A stretch of DNA of 24,000 nt from Blastococcus sp. (GTDB taxonomy: Bacteria; Actinomycetota; Actinomycetes; Mycobacteriales; Geodermatophilaceae), in assembly GCA_025465355.1 (NCBI GenBank), contig JAODNN010000108.1, forward strand, positions 11,546 to 35,545, read 5' to 3'. Positions within the stretch are counted from its first letter, which is position 1. Every line of letters starts with the position of its first letter. A program made the position numbers and the translations under genes. This document shows positions 10,642 through 19,144 of the stretch, in pieces. The notes beneath the pieces are model-generated. The model did not search any database. It saw only the letters and a program-made list of their open reading frames with translations, and had not been told where the DNA came from.

Positions 10642-11670
10642 TCAGTTGCTGTTCAGCTCGCCGATGGCGCGGACGGCGTGGTCGGGGGAGTCGGTGATCA
10701 GCCCGTCGACGCCGAGGTCGAGCAGCAGCCGCGCCTCGCCGAGGGCGTCGCCATGCGCTTCGGGTGCGTTGCCGCGGCGCAGGTGGCGCGGCAGGAAGGC
10801 GTTCTCGGCGCGCAGCGTCCAGCAGAAGACCGAGAGCGCGGCACGGTGCGCCTCGTCGACCAGGTCCGAGCTGCCGGTGATGAGCTGGTCGTCGCGGAAC
10901 AGGACGCGGTTCCGGCTGGGGCCGATCGCCTGGGCGTAGGTCGAGACCTCACGGAGGCCCGCGGCGGTCACCATCGCGTCGCCCGCGGGGATGTCGTCGA
11001 CGAGCTGGACCATCTCGGGGCCCTCGTCGCCGAGGCGGCCACGGAGCTCGCGCAGGACGGTCGGGTCGAAGGACTGCAGCACGACCGGGCCGTGTGCGCC
11101 GGTCGCATCCAGCCGGCGCAGTTCGTCGGTCACCAGCTCCGCCATGGGGAGCTCCGGGGCGCCTTCCGACCAGCCGGGGTCCTTGAGCTCGGCGAGCACC
11201 CGGATCGGCCGCTCGGCCGTGGACCGGGCACGGGCCAACTCGATGACCTCGGCGAGAGTGAGGATGCCGAAGCGGCTGTCCCAGGCGGTGTTCAGTGGCC
11301 GGAGGTCGGGCATCCGCTCGACCGCACCGAGGGTGCGCAGCTCGGCGAGGGTGAAGTCCTCCGCGAACCAGCCGGTGCTGGGTGCGTTGCCGACGATCTT
11401 CGTGGTGCGCCGGGAGGCGAATTCCGATCGGCTCGCGACGTCGGTGGACCACGACAGCTCGCTCTCGTGCCGGACGACGAGGGCGCCGTCCCGGCTGATG
11501 ACGACGTCGGGCTCGATCAGCTCGGCACCGAGGGCGATGGCCAGCTCGTAGCTGGCGGCGGTGTGCTCAGGCCGGTAGGCAGGAGCACCCCGGTGACCGA
11601 TGACGACGGGCCGGGAGGAGCGAGCCGCTGGCCGAACCACCAGCGACTGGGACGCGGGCATGTCCTTCAC
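10642..11670 (-). CDS. Glycerophosphodiester phosphodiesterase family protein
   Basis: VVIGHRGAPAYRPEHTAASYELAIALGAELIEPDVVISRDGALVVRHE, VDGLITDSPDHA; start GTG 11670 or ATG 11661. Confidence 0.94.
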   Translation of the reverse strand: MKDMPASQSLVVRPAARSSRPVVIGHRGAPAYRPEHTAASYELAIALGAELIEPDVVISRDGALVVRHESELSWSTDVASRSEFASRRTTKIVGNAPSTGWFAEDFTLAELRTLGAVERMPDLRPLNTAWDSRFGILTLAEVIELARARSTAERPIRVLAELKDPGWSEGAPELPMAELVTDELRRLDATGAHGPVVLQSFDPTVLRELRGRLGDEGPEMVQLVDDIPAGDAMVTAAGLREVSTYAQAIGPSRNRVLFRDDQLITGSSDLVDEAHRAALSVFCWTLRAENAFLPRHLRRGNAPEAHGDALGEARLLLDLGVDGLITDSPDHAVRAIGELNSN

Positions 11671-11763
11671 AAAACCTTCATCGGGTTAACGGATGACCAA
11701 CTGAAGCGAACGTGTCGCCCATGTTTGAGGGACAACCCGCTGTTGGTACGGACGATCCCCGTC

Positions 11764-11937
11764 GTGATCGATCTCTCAGTGCTCGGGTGGACCCCCGCGC
11801 CGGGCACTGAACTGCCCGCGGGGTGTATGCCCGCGCGCGTGTCGCGGGTCGACCGGGGCCGACTGACCATGATCACCATAGACGGCGACCGACGCGTGCA
11901 TCCAGCTGCCGCGCGGTACGACGTCTCAGGATGGGGA
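11764..11937 (+). pseudogene. Apparent N-terminal remnant of ribosome small-subunit-dependent GTPase A (RsgA)
   Basis: Translation VIDLSVLGWTPAPGTELPAGCMPARVSRVDRGRLTMITIDGDRRVHPAA resembles the actinobacterial RsgA N-terminus (D-L-x-x-LGW...PGRVxRVDRGRxxVxTxDG); no GTPase domain follows before purD. Confidence 0.5.
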
Positions 11938-11998
11938 ACCGCGACTGCGCGCACCGCTCCGAACCGCCTGCGCCGATCGGGCCGCCGGCGGCACTGGG

Positions 11999-12004
11999 TA
12001 GTTT
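11999..12004 (+). promoter_or_regulatory. Putative -10 (TAGTTT) 7 nt upstream of purD GTG
   Basis: TAGTTT-N7-GTG(12012); no clear RBS. Confidence 0.4.
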
Positions 12005-12011
12005 CTCCCTC

Positions 12012-13283
12012 GTGCGCGTGCTGGTGATCGGCTCCGGTGCCCGGGAGCACGCCCTGTGCGTGGCTCTGCAGTCCGACCCCGAGGTGAGCGCGCTCGCCTG
12101 CGCCCCCGGCAATGCCGGCACCCGCGCTGTCGCCGAACCGCTCGCGGTCGACGTCGGCGATCCGGTGGCGATCGCGGCGCTGGCCGGCTCGTGGGGCGCC
12201 GACCTGGTCGTCGTCGGCCCGGAGCTGCCGTTGGTCGCCGGCGCCGCCGACGCCGTCCGGGACGCCGGGATCCCCTGCTTCGGCCCCTCGGCGGAGGCCG
12301 CGCAGCTCGAGGGCAGCAAATCCTTCGCCAAGCATGTGATGACGGCCGCGGGTGTGCCCACCGCCCAGGCGTGGCCGGTCGGCGGCCTCGCGGAGCTCGA
12401 GACCGCACTGGACGAGGCAGCGCAGCTCACGGGCGGCGCTCCCTACGTGGTGAAGGACGACGGCCTGGCGGCCGGCAAGGGCGTGCTGGTCACCGCCGAC
12501 CGCGCCGCCGCCGTCGCTCACGGCCGTGCGGTGCTCGACGCCGGTCACGCGGTGCTGATCGAGGAGTACCTCGACGGGCCCGAGGTCTCGCTGTTCGCGC
12601 TGACCGACGGGACGACCGTCGTCCCGCTGATCCCGGCGCAGGACGCCAAGCGCAGGGACGACGGCGACGGCGGCCCCAACACCGGCGGGATGGGCGCCTA
12701 CGCGCCGCTGCCGTGGGCGCCGCCCGGGCTGGTGGACGACGTGCTGGCGAGGGTGCTGCAGCCGACCGTGGACGAGATGGCCCGTCGCGGCGAGCCGTTC
12801 GCCGGCCTGCTCTACGCCGGGCTGGCGCTGACCTCGCGCGGGGTGCGGGTGGTGGAGTTCAACGCCCGCTTCGGCGACCCGGAGACCGAGGTGGTGCTCC
12901 CGCTGCTGGAGACGCCGCTGGCCGGGCTCCTGGAGGCCGCGGCCACCGGCACGCTCGCCGACGTGCCGCCGTTGCGCTGGCGCGCCGGTGCGGCGGTGAC
13001 CGTCGTCGTCGCGGCCCCGGGCTATCCCGAGGCGGCCCGGACGGGCGAGCCGGTCACCGGGGCCGACGGCGACGGCGTCCTGCACGCCGGCACGGCGGTC
13101 ACGGAGGACGGCACCGTGGTCTCCTCGGGCGGCCGGGTGCTGGCGGTCACCGCCGTCGGCACCGACCTCGCCGCCGCCCGTGAGACGGCGTACGGGCGCG
13201 TCGCCGGCGTCCGACTCGAGGGGGCGCACTGGCGCACCGACATCGCGCTGGCCGCCGTCGAGGGGCGGATCGTCGCCGGCTGA
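12012..13283 (+). CDS. purD: Phosphoribosylamine-glycine ligase
   Basis: VRVLVIGSGAREHALC, PEVSALACAPGNAGT, VVKDDGLAAGKGV, GPEVSLFALTDG, NTGGMGAYAPLP, EFNARFGDPE. Confidence 0.97.
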   Translation: MRVLVIGSGAREHALCVALQSDPEVSALACAPGNAGTRAVAEPLAVDVGDPVAIAALAGSWGADLVVVGPELPLVAGAADAVRDAGIPCFGPSAEAAQLEGSKSFAKHVMTAAGVPTAQAWPVGGLAELETALDEAAQLTGGAPYVVKDDGLAAGKGVLVTADRAAAVAHGRAVLDAGHAVLIEEYLDGPEVSLFALTDGTTVVPLIPAQDAKRRDDGDGGPNTGGMGAYAPLPWAPPGLVDDVLARVLQPTVDEMARRGEPFAGLLYAGLALTSRGVRVVEFNARFGDPETEVVLPLLETPLAGLLEAAATGTLADVPPLRWRAGAAVTVVVAAPGYPEAARTGEPVTGADGDGVLHAGTAVTEDGTVVSSGGRVLAVTAVGTDLAAARETAYGRVAGVRLEGAHWRTDIALAAVEGRIVAG

Positions 13284-13309
13284 CAGCCGCCGGTGCCGTC
13301 GCCCCAGGG

Positions 13310-13359
13310 CTGAGAACCTGGTCAGCTGAGGAGCCTGGTCAGCTGAGGAGCCTGGTCAG
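13310..13359. repeat. Tandem repeat, three units of CTGAGGAGCCTGGTCAG (first unit degenerate, 16 bp)
   Basis: CTGAGAACCTGGTCAG / CTGAGGAGCCTGGTCAG / CTGAGGAGCCTGGTCAG read directly. Confidence 0.93.
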
Positions 13360-14789
13360 CGGCTGCCGACGACCGGTCGCGCCCGCTCGGGGCGCGGTTC
13401 GGGTGGTCGTGGCCCGTCGTGCCGGCGGCTGAGGTACGTGCCCGCCACGTTGGCGCACGCCACGATCGGGACGGCGATCAGGGCGCCGAAGATGCCGGCG
13501 ATGAGCAGCCCGGCCGCGATCGACAGCACGACCGCGAGCGGGTGCACGCGGACGGCGCGGCCGAGCAGCAGCGGCTGCAGGATGTGTCCCTCCACCTGCA
13601 TGACCAGGACCACGACGGCCAGCGCGATCAGCGCCTTGACCGGACCCACCGACACGAGGGCGACCAGGACGGCGACCGAACCGGCCAGGAACGACCCGAT
13701 GATCGGGATGAACGCGCCGAGGAACACCAGCGCGGCCAGCGGGATGACCAGCGGGACGCCGAGGATCGCCAGGCCGATGCCGATGCCGACGGCGTCCACC
13801 AGGGCCACGGCGGCCGTGGCGCGGACGTAGGAGATGAGGGTTCGCCAGGAGCGGCGCCCGGCCTCGTCGATGTAGGCACGGGCATCACGGGGGAACAGGC
13901 CGACCAGCCAGAGCCAGATCGAGCGGCCGTCCTTGAGGAAGAAGAACAGCGTGAACAGCGCCAGCAGCATGCCGGTGACGACCTCGCCCACCGTCGCCGC
14001 CGTCGTCAGCGCACCCGTGGCGATCGTGCTCTTGTTGTCGACGAGGCTCTGCTGCAGCTGGGACACGGCGTCCTCGAGCTGGCCCTTGGTGATCGGGAAG
14101 GTGTGCACGATGAACACCTGCACCTGCCCGATGCCGGCGCTCACCTGGTCGGCGAGGTCGGCGAACCCGGCGCTGAACCGCTCGATGACGAGCGTGATGA
14201 TCCCGGAGACCACGCCCAGGCCGACGACCAGCATGGCGAACGCGGCCAGCGACCGCGGCCAGCCGCTGCGCACCAACGCGGCAGCCCCCGGCTGCAGGAG
14301 GGCGGCAAGCAGGACCGCCACGATCACGGGGACGACGACGACGGCGATGTACGCGGCGGCGTAGAGCACGACGTAGATGCCGACTACCACGACGATCACC
14401 CGCCAGGACCACGCCGCCGCCGTCCGCAGGCCGCTCGGCACGCCGGCGTCGGCCGACGCCTGCGACGGGGCGCCGGTCATCAACCGGCGAGAGCGTTCGC
14501 CGGTGCGGTGCGGGCGGCCACCCTCGGGTGGGCCACTGATCCCCCCGGGGCCCAGGGCGCCGTCGAGGTCAGGGGCGCCGGGCTCGGGGCTGCCCACCGG
14601 TGGCCGGCTCGATCCGTCGGCGGGCTCGTCGGGCGGGACGTCCACCAAAGCGGCCGGCTCGGCTTCGCCCTCGTGCACCAGGATGGCGCGGTCGTCGTCG
14701 CGCTCGGGCCAGGCGTGTGGATCGTGTTCGGCGGCGAGCCGGATCCGCTCCCGGGCGCGCACGATCAGATCGTTGGCACGTCGCAGCAC
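13356..14789 (-). CDS. AI-2E family transporter (PerM/YdiK-like)
   Basis: Seven-to-eight predicted TM segments; VTGMLLALFTLFFFLKDG, GAFIPIIGSFLAGSVAVLVAL, QVEGHILQPLLLGRAVRVHPLAVVLSIAAG. Actual start may be an internal ATG at 14480, as the first ~103 aa are low-complexity hydrophilic. Confidence 0.9.
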   Translation of the reverse strand: MLRRANDLIVRARERIRLAAEHDPHAWPERDDDRAILVHEGEAEPAALVDVPPDEPADGSSRPPVGSPEPGAPDLDGALGPGGISGPPEGGRPHRTGERSRRLMTGAPSQASADAGVPSGLRTAAAWSWRVIVVVVGIYVVLYAAAYIAVVVVPVIVAVLLAALLQPGAAALVRSGWPRSLAAFAMLVVGLGVVSGIITLVIERFSAGFADLADQVSAGIGQVQVFIVHTFPITKGQLEDAVSQLQQSLVDNKSTIATGALTTAATVGEVVTGMLLALFTLFFFLKDGRSIWLWLVGLFPRDARAYIDEAGRRSWRTLISYVRATAAVALVDAVGIGIGLAILGVPLVIPLAALVFLGAFIPIIGSFLAGSVAVLVALVSVGPVKALIALAVVVLVMQVEGHILQPLLLGRAVRVHPLAVVLSIAAGLLIAGIFGALIAVPIVACANVAGTYLSRRHDGPRPPEPRPERARPVVGSR

Positions 14790-14893
14790 CGCGCACCTCC
14801 TGGCGGTCGTTGGGGGCCGTCGATGATCACGCTAGCGCTACGGGAGGATGTGACCGTGGTGCGACGAGCTGACCTGCCGCGGGCGGTATCCCG

Positions 14894-16197
14894 ATGATCG
14901 AGCGCTACACGCTCCCGGAGATGGGGCGTGTCTGGAGCGACCAGCACAAGTACGAGCTCTGGTGCCGGGTCGAGACGCTGGTGCTGGAGGCGCACGCGGC
15001 TGCCGGCCGGGTGCCCGCAGACGTCGTCGAGCCGGTGCGCAACGCCCCGCCGCCGACGCCGGAACGGGTCGCCGAGATCGAGGAGACGACGCAGCACGAC
15101 GTCATCGCCTTCCTCACCGCATGGGCGGACAACACCTCGCCACGGTCTGCGGCGGCGTATGTGCACCACGGCATGACGTCGTCCGACCTGCTGGACACCG
15201 CGCTCGCCGTGCAGCTCACCGACGCCTCCGACGTCCTGCTGGCCAAGGCCGACCGCCTGGTGGCCGCGCTGCGTGAGCACGGGCTGGCGCACCGGGACAC
15301 GATCAAGGTGGGGCGCACGCACGGGGTGCACGCCGAGCCCGACGTGTGGGGGCACCGGGTCGCCGACCTCGCCTTCGCGATGGCTCGCTCGCGGGATCGG
15401 CTGCGGGCCGCGCGGGAGCGGGTCGGCGTCGTCGCCATCTCCGGCGCGGTCGGCACCTATTCGCTGATCGACCCGTCGGTCGAGGTGTTCGTCGCCGACG
15501 CGTTGGGGTTGCGGCCGGCGGACGCCTCGACGCAGGTGGTCATCCGCGACTCGATCAGCGAGTGGGTGTCGGCGCTGGGCATCATCGCCACCGTCTGCGA
15601 GGCGATCGCGCTCGAGGTGCGGCATGGCCAGCGCACCGAGGTCCGGGAGCTGTCGGAGGCGTTCGGGTCGGGCCAGAAGGGCTCGAGCGCGATGCCGCAC
15701 AAGAAGAACCCGATCCGCTCCGAGCGGATCGCCGGGCTGGCGCGGGTCGTGCGCTCGGCGATCGTGCCGATCATGGAGGGCATCCCGCTCTGGCACGAGC
15801 GCGACATCTCGCACTCCTCCACCGAGCGGGTGTTCCTGCCCGATGCGGCGATCACCACCGACTACCTGCTGGACCTCACCGCTGGGCTGGTGGAGAACCT
15901 GGTCGTCGACGCCGAGCGGATGCGGGACAACCTGGAGTCCACCGGTGGGCTGATCTACACGTCGTCCGTGCTGCTGGAGCTGGTGGAGGGCGGGCTGTCC
16001 CGCGAGGACGCGTACGCACTGGTGCAGTCGGCGGCGATGGAGACGTGGAACACGGGGACGCCGTTCCGGGAGACGCTGCGGGCGCGGGCCGCGGCGTCGT
16101 CCGTCGCGCTGGACGAGGCGCGGCTGGACGAGATCATGCAGCCGGAGCGCTACGTCGCGAACCTGGGGCCGCTGTTCGACCGGCTCGCGGCGCTGAA

Positions 16198-16201
<4 letters not shown>
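14894..16201 (+). CDS. purB: Adenylosuccinate lyase
   Basis: MIERYTLPEMGRVWSDQHKYELWCRVE, TSSDLLDTALAVQL, fumarase/ASL signature GSSAMPHKKNPI. Confidence 0.96.
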
Positions 16202-17061
<860 letters not shown>

Positions 17062-17081
17062 GTTTCCTGCCGAGATCCCGC

Positions 17082-17135
17082 CGAGTGCGACGAACTCGTG
17101 GCCATCCGGCCGTGATCGCCACGACTTCGTCGCAC
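17082..17135. repeat. Hairpin repeat copy A (18-bp arms with one mismatch, 15-nt loop)
   Basis: GTGCGACGAACTCGTGGC(17085-17102) / GCCACGACTTCGTCGCAC(17118-17135); 51 of 54 positions identical to copy B, same orientation. Confidence 0.93.
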
Positions 17136-17179
17136 CCGGCCGGGCCTGTGGATGACGCCAGCGGCAGCAGGGGCAACCC

Positions 17180-18076
17180 GTGCAGGCTCCGGCGGTGCCG
17201 ACGCCCCCTGTGCCGCCGCGAGTGGACCGTCCCCTGGACCGGCCCGGAGCGCGGCGGGCAGGCATCAGCGACTGGCAGCTGCGCCACCGCGAGACCCTTC
17301 GGACCTCCAGGAACACGTACCTGCCGAGGAGTGCGGCGCTCGACCTCCGCCGGCGCATCGATGCGGTGCTGCTGGGAGCCCCCTCGTCCGCCGTCCTCAG
17401 CCATTTCTCCGCGGCCGCCGTGTGGGGGTTCCAGGTACCCCTCGTGACCGACGACGGGCTCGTGCACCTGACGGTTCCCCCAGGGGCCCGGGTGCGCTCC
17501 CGGGCGGACCGGAGAATCCACTGCTCGGAGGTCCCCGCGGCGGAGACCCGCACGCTGGGGAGACTTCCGCTCACGTCGCCCAGCCGGACCTGGCTGGACC
17601 TTGCCGGCCGCGTGCCGCCCGCCGCGCTGCTCGCCGTCACCGACCAGATGCTGGCCCGCGGCTTCCCGGCGGACGAGTTCCCCCGGATCCTCGCTCGCGC
17701 CGCCGGGCGGCGGGGTGTCGTCGCCGCCCGGAGCATCCTGCCGTCCGCCGACCCCCTCGCCGGCTCGCCGATGGAATCGGTTCTCCGGTGGCTCATCCTC
17801 GAGGCAGGTCTGCCCCGCCCCGTCCTCCAGTACGTCGTGCGCGACCGGCAGGGTCGCTTTCTCGGCCAGGTCGACCTCGCCTGGCCTGAGCAACGGGTGA
17901 TCGTCGAGTTCGATGGCGACGTGCACCGCGTCCGGCACGTGTTCGTCCGTGACGTCCGCCGTCAGAACGGGCTCATGCTCGCGGGCTGGCAGATACTCCG
18001 GTTCACGTCAGCCGACGTGCTCGGGCGTGATCGGGTCACCGTCGGGATCGTCGCCGGCGCGCTGGGACTGGCCTGA
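17180..18076 (+). CDS. DUF559/AbiEi-like protein with C-terminal Vsr/restriction-endonuclease-like fold
   Basis: N-terminal AbiEi-like region (TYLPRS..., AVLSHFSAAAVWG, SRTWLDLAG) and C-terminal FLGQVDLAWPEQRVIVEFDGDVHR...RRQNGLMLAGWQILRFTSADVLG typical of actinobacterial DUF559 proteins; start uncertain. Confidence 0.78.
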   Translation: MQAPAVPTPPVPPRVDRPLDRPGARRAGISDWQLRHRETLRTSRNTYLPRSAALDLRRRIDAVLLGAPSSAVLSHFSAAAVWGFQVPLVTDDGLVHLTVPPGARVRSRADRRIHCSEVPAAETRTLGRLPLTSPSRTWLDLAGRVPPAALLAVTDQMLARGFPADEFPRILARAAGRRGVVAARSILPSADPLAGSPMESVLRWLILEAGLPRPVLQYVVRDRQGRFLGQVDLAWPEQRVIVEFDGDVHRVRHVFVRDVRRQNGLMLAGWQILRFTSADVLGRDRVTVGIVAGALGLA

Positions 18077-18084
18077 GGAGGACG

Positions 18085-18138
18085 AGTGCGACGAACTCGT
18101 GGCCCTCAGGCCGTGATCGCCACGACTTCGTCGCATTC
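18085..18138. repeat. Hairpin repeat copy B, direct orientation relative to copy A
   Basis: GTGCGACGAACTCGTGGC(18088-18105) / GCCACGACTTCGTCGCAT(18121-18138) with 15-nt loop CCTCAGGCCGTGATC. Confidence 0.93.
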
Positions 18139-18207
18139 GCCCGGTGTGGTCCCCTCCGGGAGACCAGGGTCACGGGGAGTGGGGACGGGCGTGCGCGGGC
18201 GTCCCGG

Positions 18208-18213
18208 TACCCT
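18208..18213 (+). promoter_or_regulatory. Putative -10 (TACCCT) 7 nt upstream of purS GTG
   Basis: TACCCT-N7-GTG(18221); no clear RBS. Confidence 0.42.
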
Positions 18214-18220
18214 CGGCTGC

Positions 18221-18460
18221 GTGTCCCGGGTGGTCGTCGACGTGGTCCTCAAGCCGGAGATCTCCGACCCGCAGGGGCAGGCAGTGCTCGGCGCACTCGG
18301 CCGGCTCGGCCACGGCGGCGTGCGGAGCGTCCGCCAGGGCAAGCATTTCGTGCTCGAGGTCGACGGCACGCCTGACGAGGCCGAGCTCAAGCAGATCGCC
18401 GAGACGCTGCTGGCCAACCCCGTCATCGAGGACGTCGAGCTGCATCTCCCCACCGACTGA
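18221..18460 (+). CDS. purS: Phosphoribosylformylglycinamidine synthase subunit PurS
   Basis: VSRVVVDVVLKPEISDPQGQAVLGALGRLG...VRQGKHFVLEVDG...LLANPVIEDVELHL; position directly before purQ. Confidence 0.95.
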   Translation: MSRVVVDVVLKPEISDPQGQAVLGALGRLGHGGVRSVRQGKHFVLEVDGTPDEAELKQIAETLLANPVIEDVELHLPTD

Positions 18461-18472
18461 GAGAGACACCCC

Positions 18473-19144
18473 TTGCGCATCGGTGTGCTGACCTTTCCGG
18501 GCTCCCTGGACGATGTCGACGCCGCCCGCGCGGTACGGCTGGCCGGGGGTGAACCCGTCGCCCTGTGGCACGCCGACCACGATCTGAAGGACGTCGACGC
18601 CGTCGTCCTCCCGGGTGGCTTCTCCTACGGCGACTACCTGCGCGCCGGAGCGATCGCGGCCCGGGCGCCCCTGATGCAGGACGTCGTCGAGCGGGCCCGC
18701 CAGGGGATGCCGGTGCTGGGCATCTGCAACGGCTTCCAGGTGCTGTGCGAGGCCGGTCTGCTGCCGGGCGCGCTCACCCGCAACCGCCACCTGCACTTCC
18801 GTAACCGCGACCAGGTCCTGGTCGTCGAGCGGGCCGACACCGCCTGGACCGGGGACTACACCGACGGGCAGCGGATCGTGATCCCGGTGAAGAACGGCGA
18901 GGGCCGGTACGTCGGATCGCCGGCCGATCTGGACCGGCTCGAGGGGGAGGGGCGCGTCGTCTTCCGCTACGCCGACGGCAACCCCAACGGCTCGAGCCGC
19001 GACATCGCCGGCGTGACCAGTGAGAACGGCCGCGTCGTCGGTCTCATGCCGCATCCCGAGCACGCCGTCGAGGACCTCACCGGCCCGTCCACCGACGGGC
19101 TCGGCTTCTTCACCTCGGTTCTGAAGCAGGTAGTGACCGCGTGA
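18473..19144 (+). CDS. purQ: Phosphoribosylformylglycinamidine synthase subunit PurQ
   Basis: [46 protein letters not shown], glutaminase [18 protein letters not shown]; TTG start. Confidence 0.96.
   Translation: MRIGVLTFPGSLDDVDAARAVRLAGGEPVALWHADHDLKDVDAVVLPGGFSYGDYLRAGAIAARAPLMQDVVERARQGMPVLGICNGFQVLCEAGLLPGALTRNRHLHFRNRDQVLVVERADTAWTGDYTDGQRIVIPVKNGEGRYVGSPADLDRLEGEGRVVFRYADGNPNGSSRDIAGVTSENGRVVGLMPHPEHAVEDLTGPSTDGLGFFTSVLKQVVTA

Noticed and set aside
11671-12011. Possible purine riboswitch upstream of purD
   Set aside because: No recognisable purine-riboswitch core (three-way junction with conserved U/C-rich loops); the apparent leaderless start and RsgA-like coding trace explain the region better.
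11667-13229. 520-aa minus-strand ORF opposite purD
   Set aside because: Shadow ORF of purD with biased H/R/G composition and no motifs.
13310-13359. CRISPR-like array
   Set aside because: Contiguous tandem units with no spacers.
13419-14897. 492-aa plus-strand ORF opposite the AI-2E-type permease
   Set aside because: H/D/Q/R-rich shadow frame of a clear membrane protein gene.
15346-16197. N-terminal extension of the purC ORF across purB
   Set aside because: purC homology begins at VSVDLPLVARGKV; upstream part is an alternate frame of purB.
17082-18138. Insertion sequence or transposon
   Set aside because: No transposase and the flanking repeats are in direct orientation with internal dyads, not terminal inverted repeats; no target-site duplication could be confirmed.
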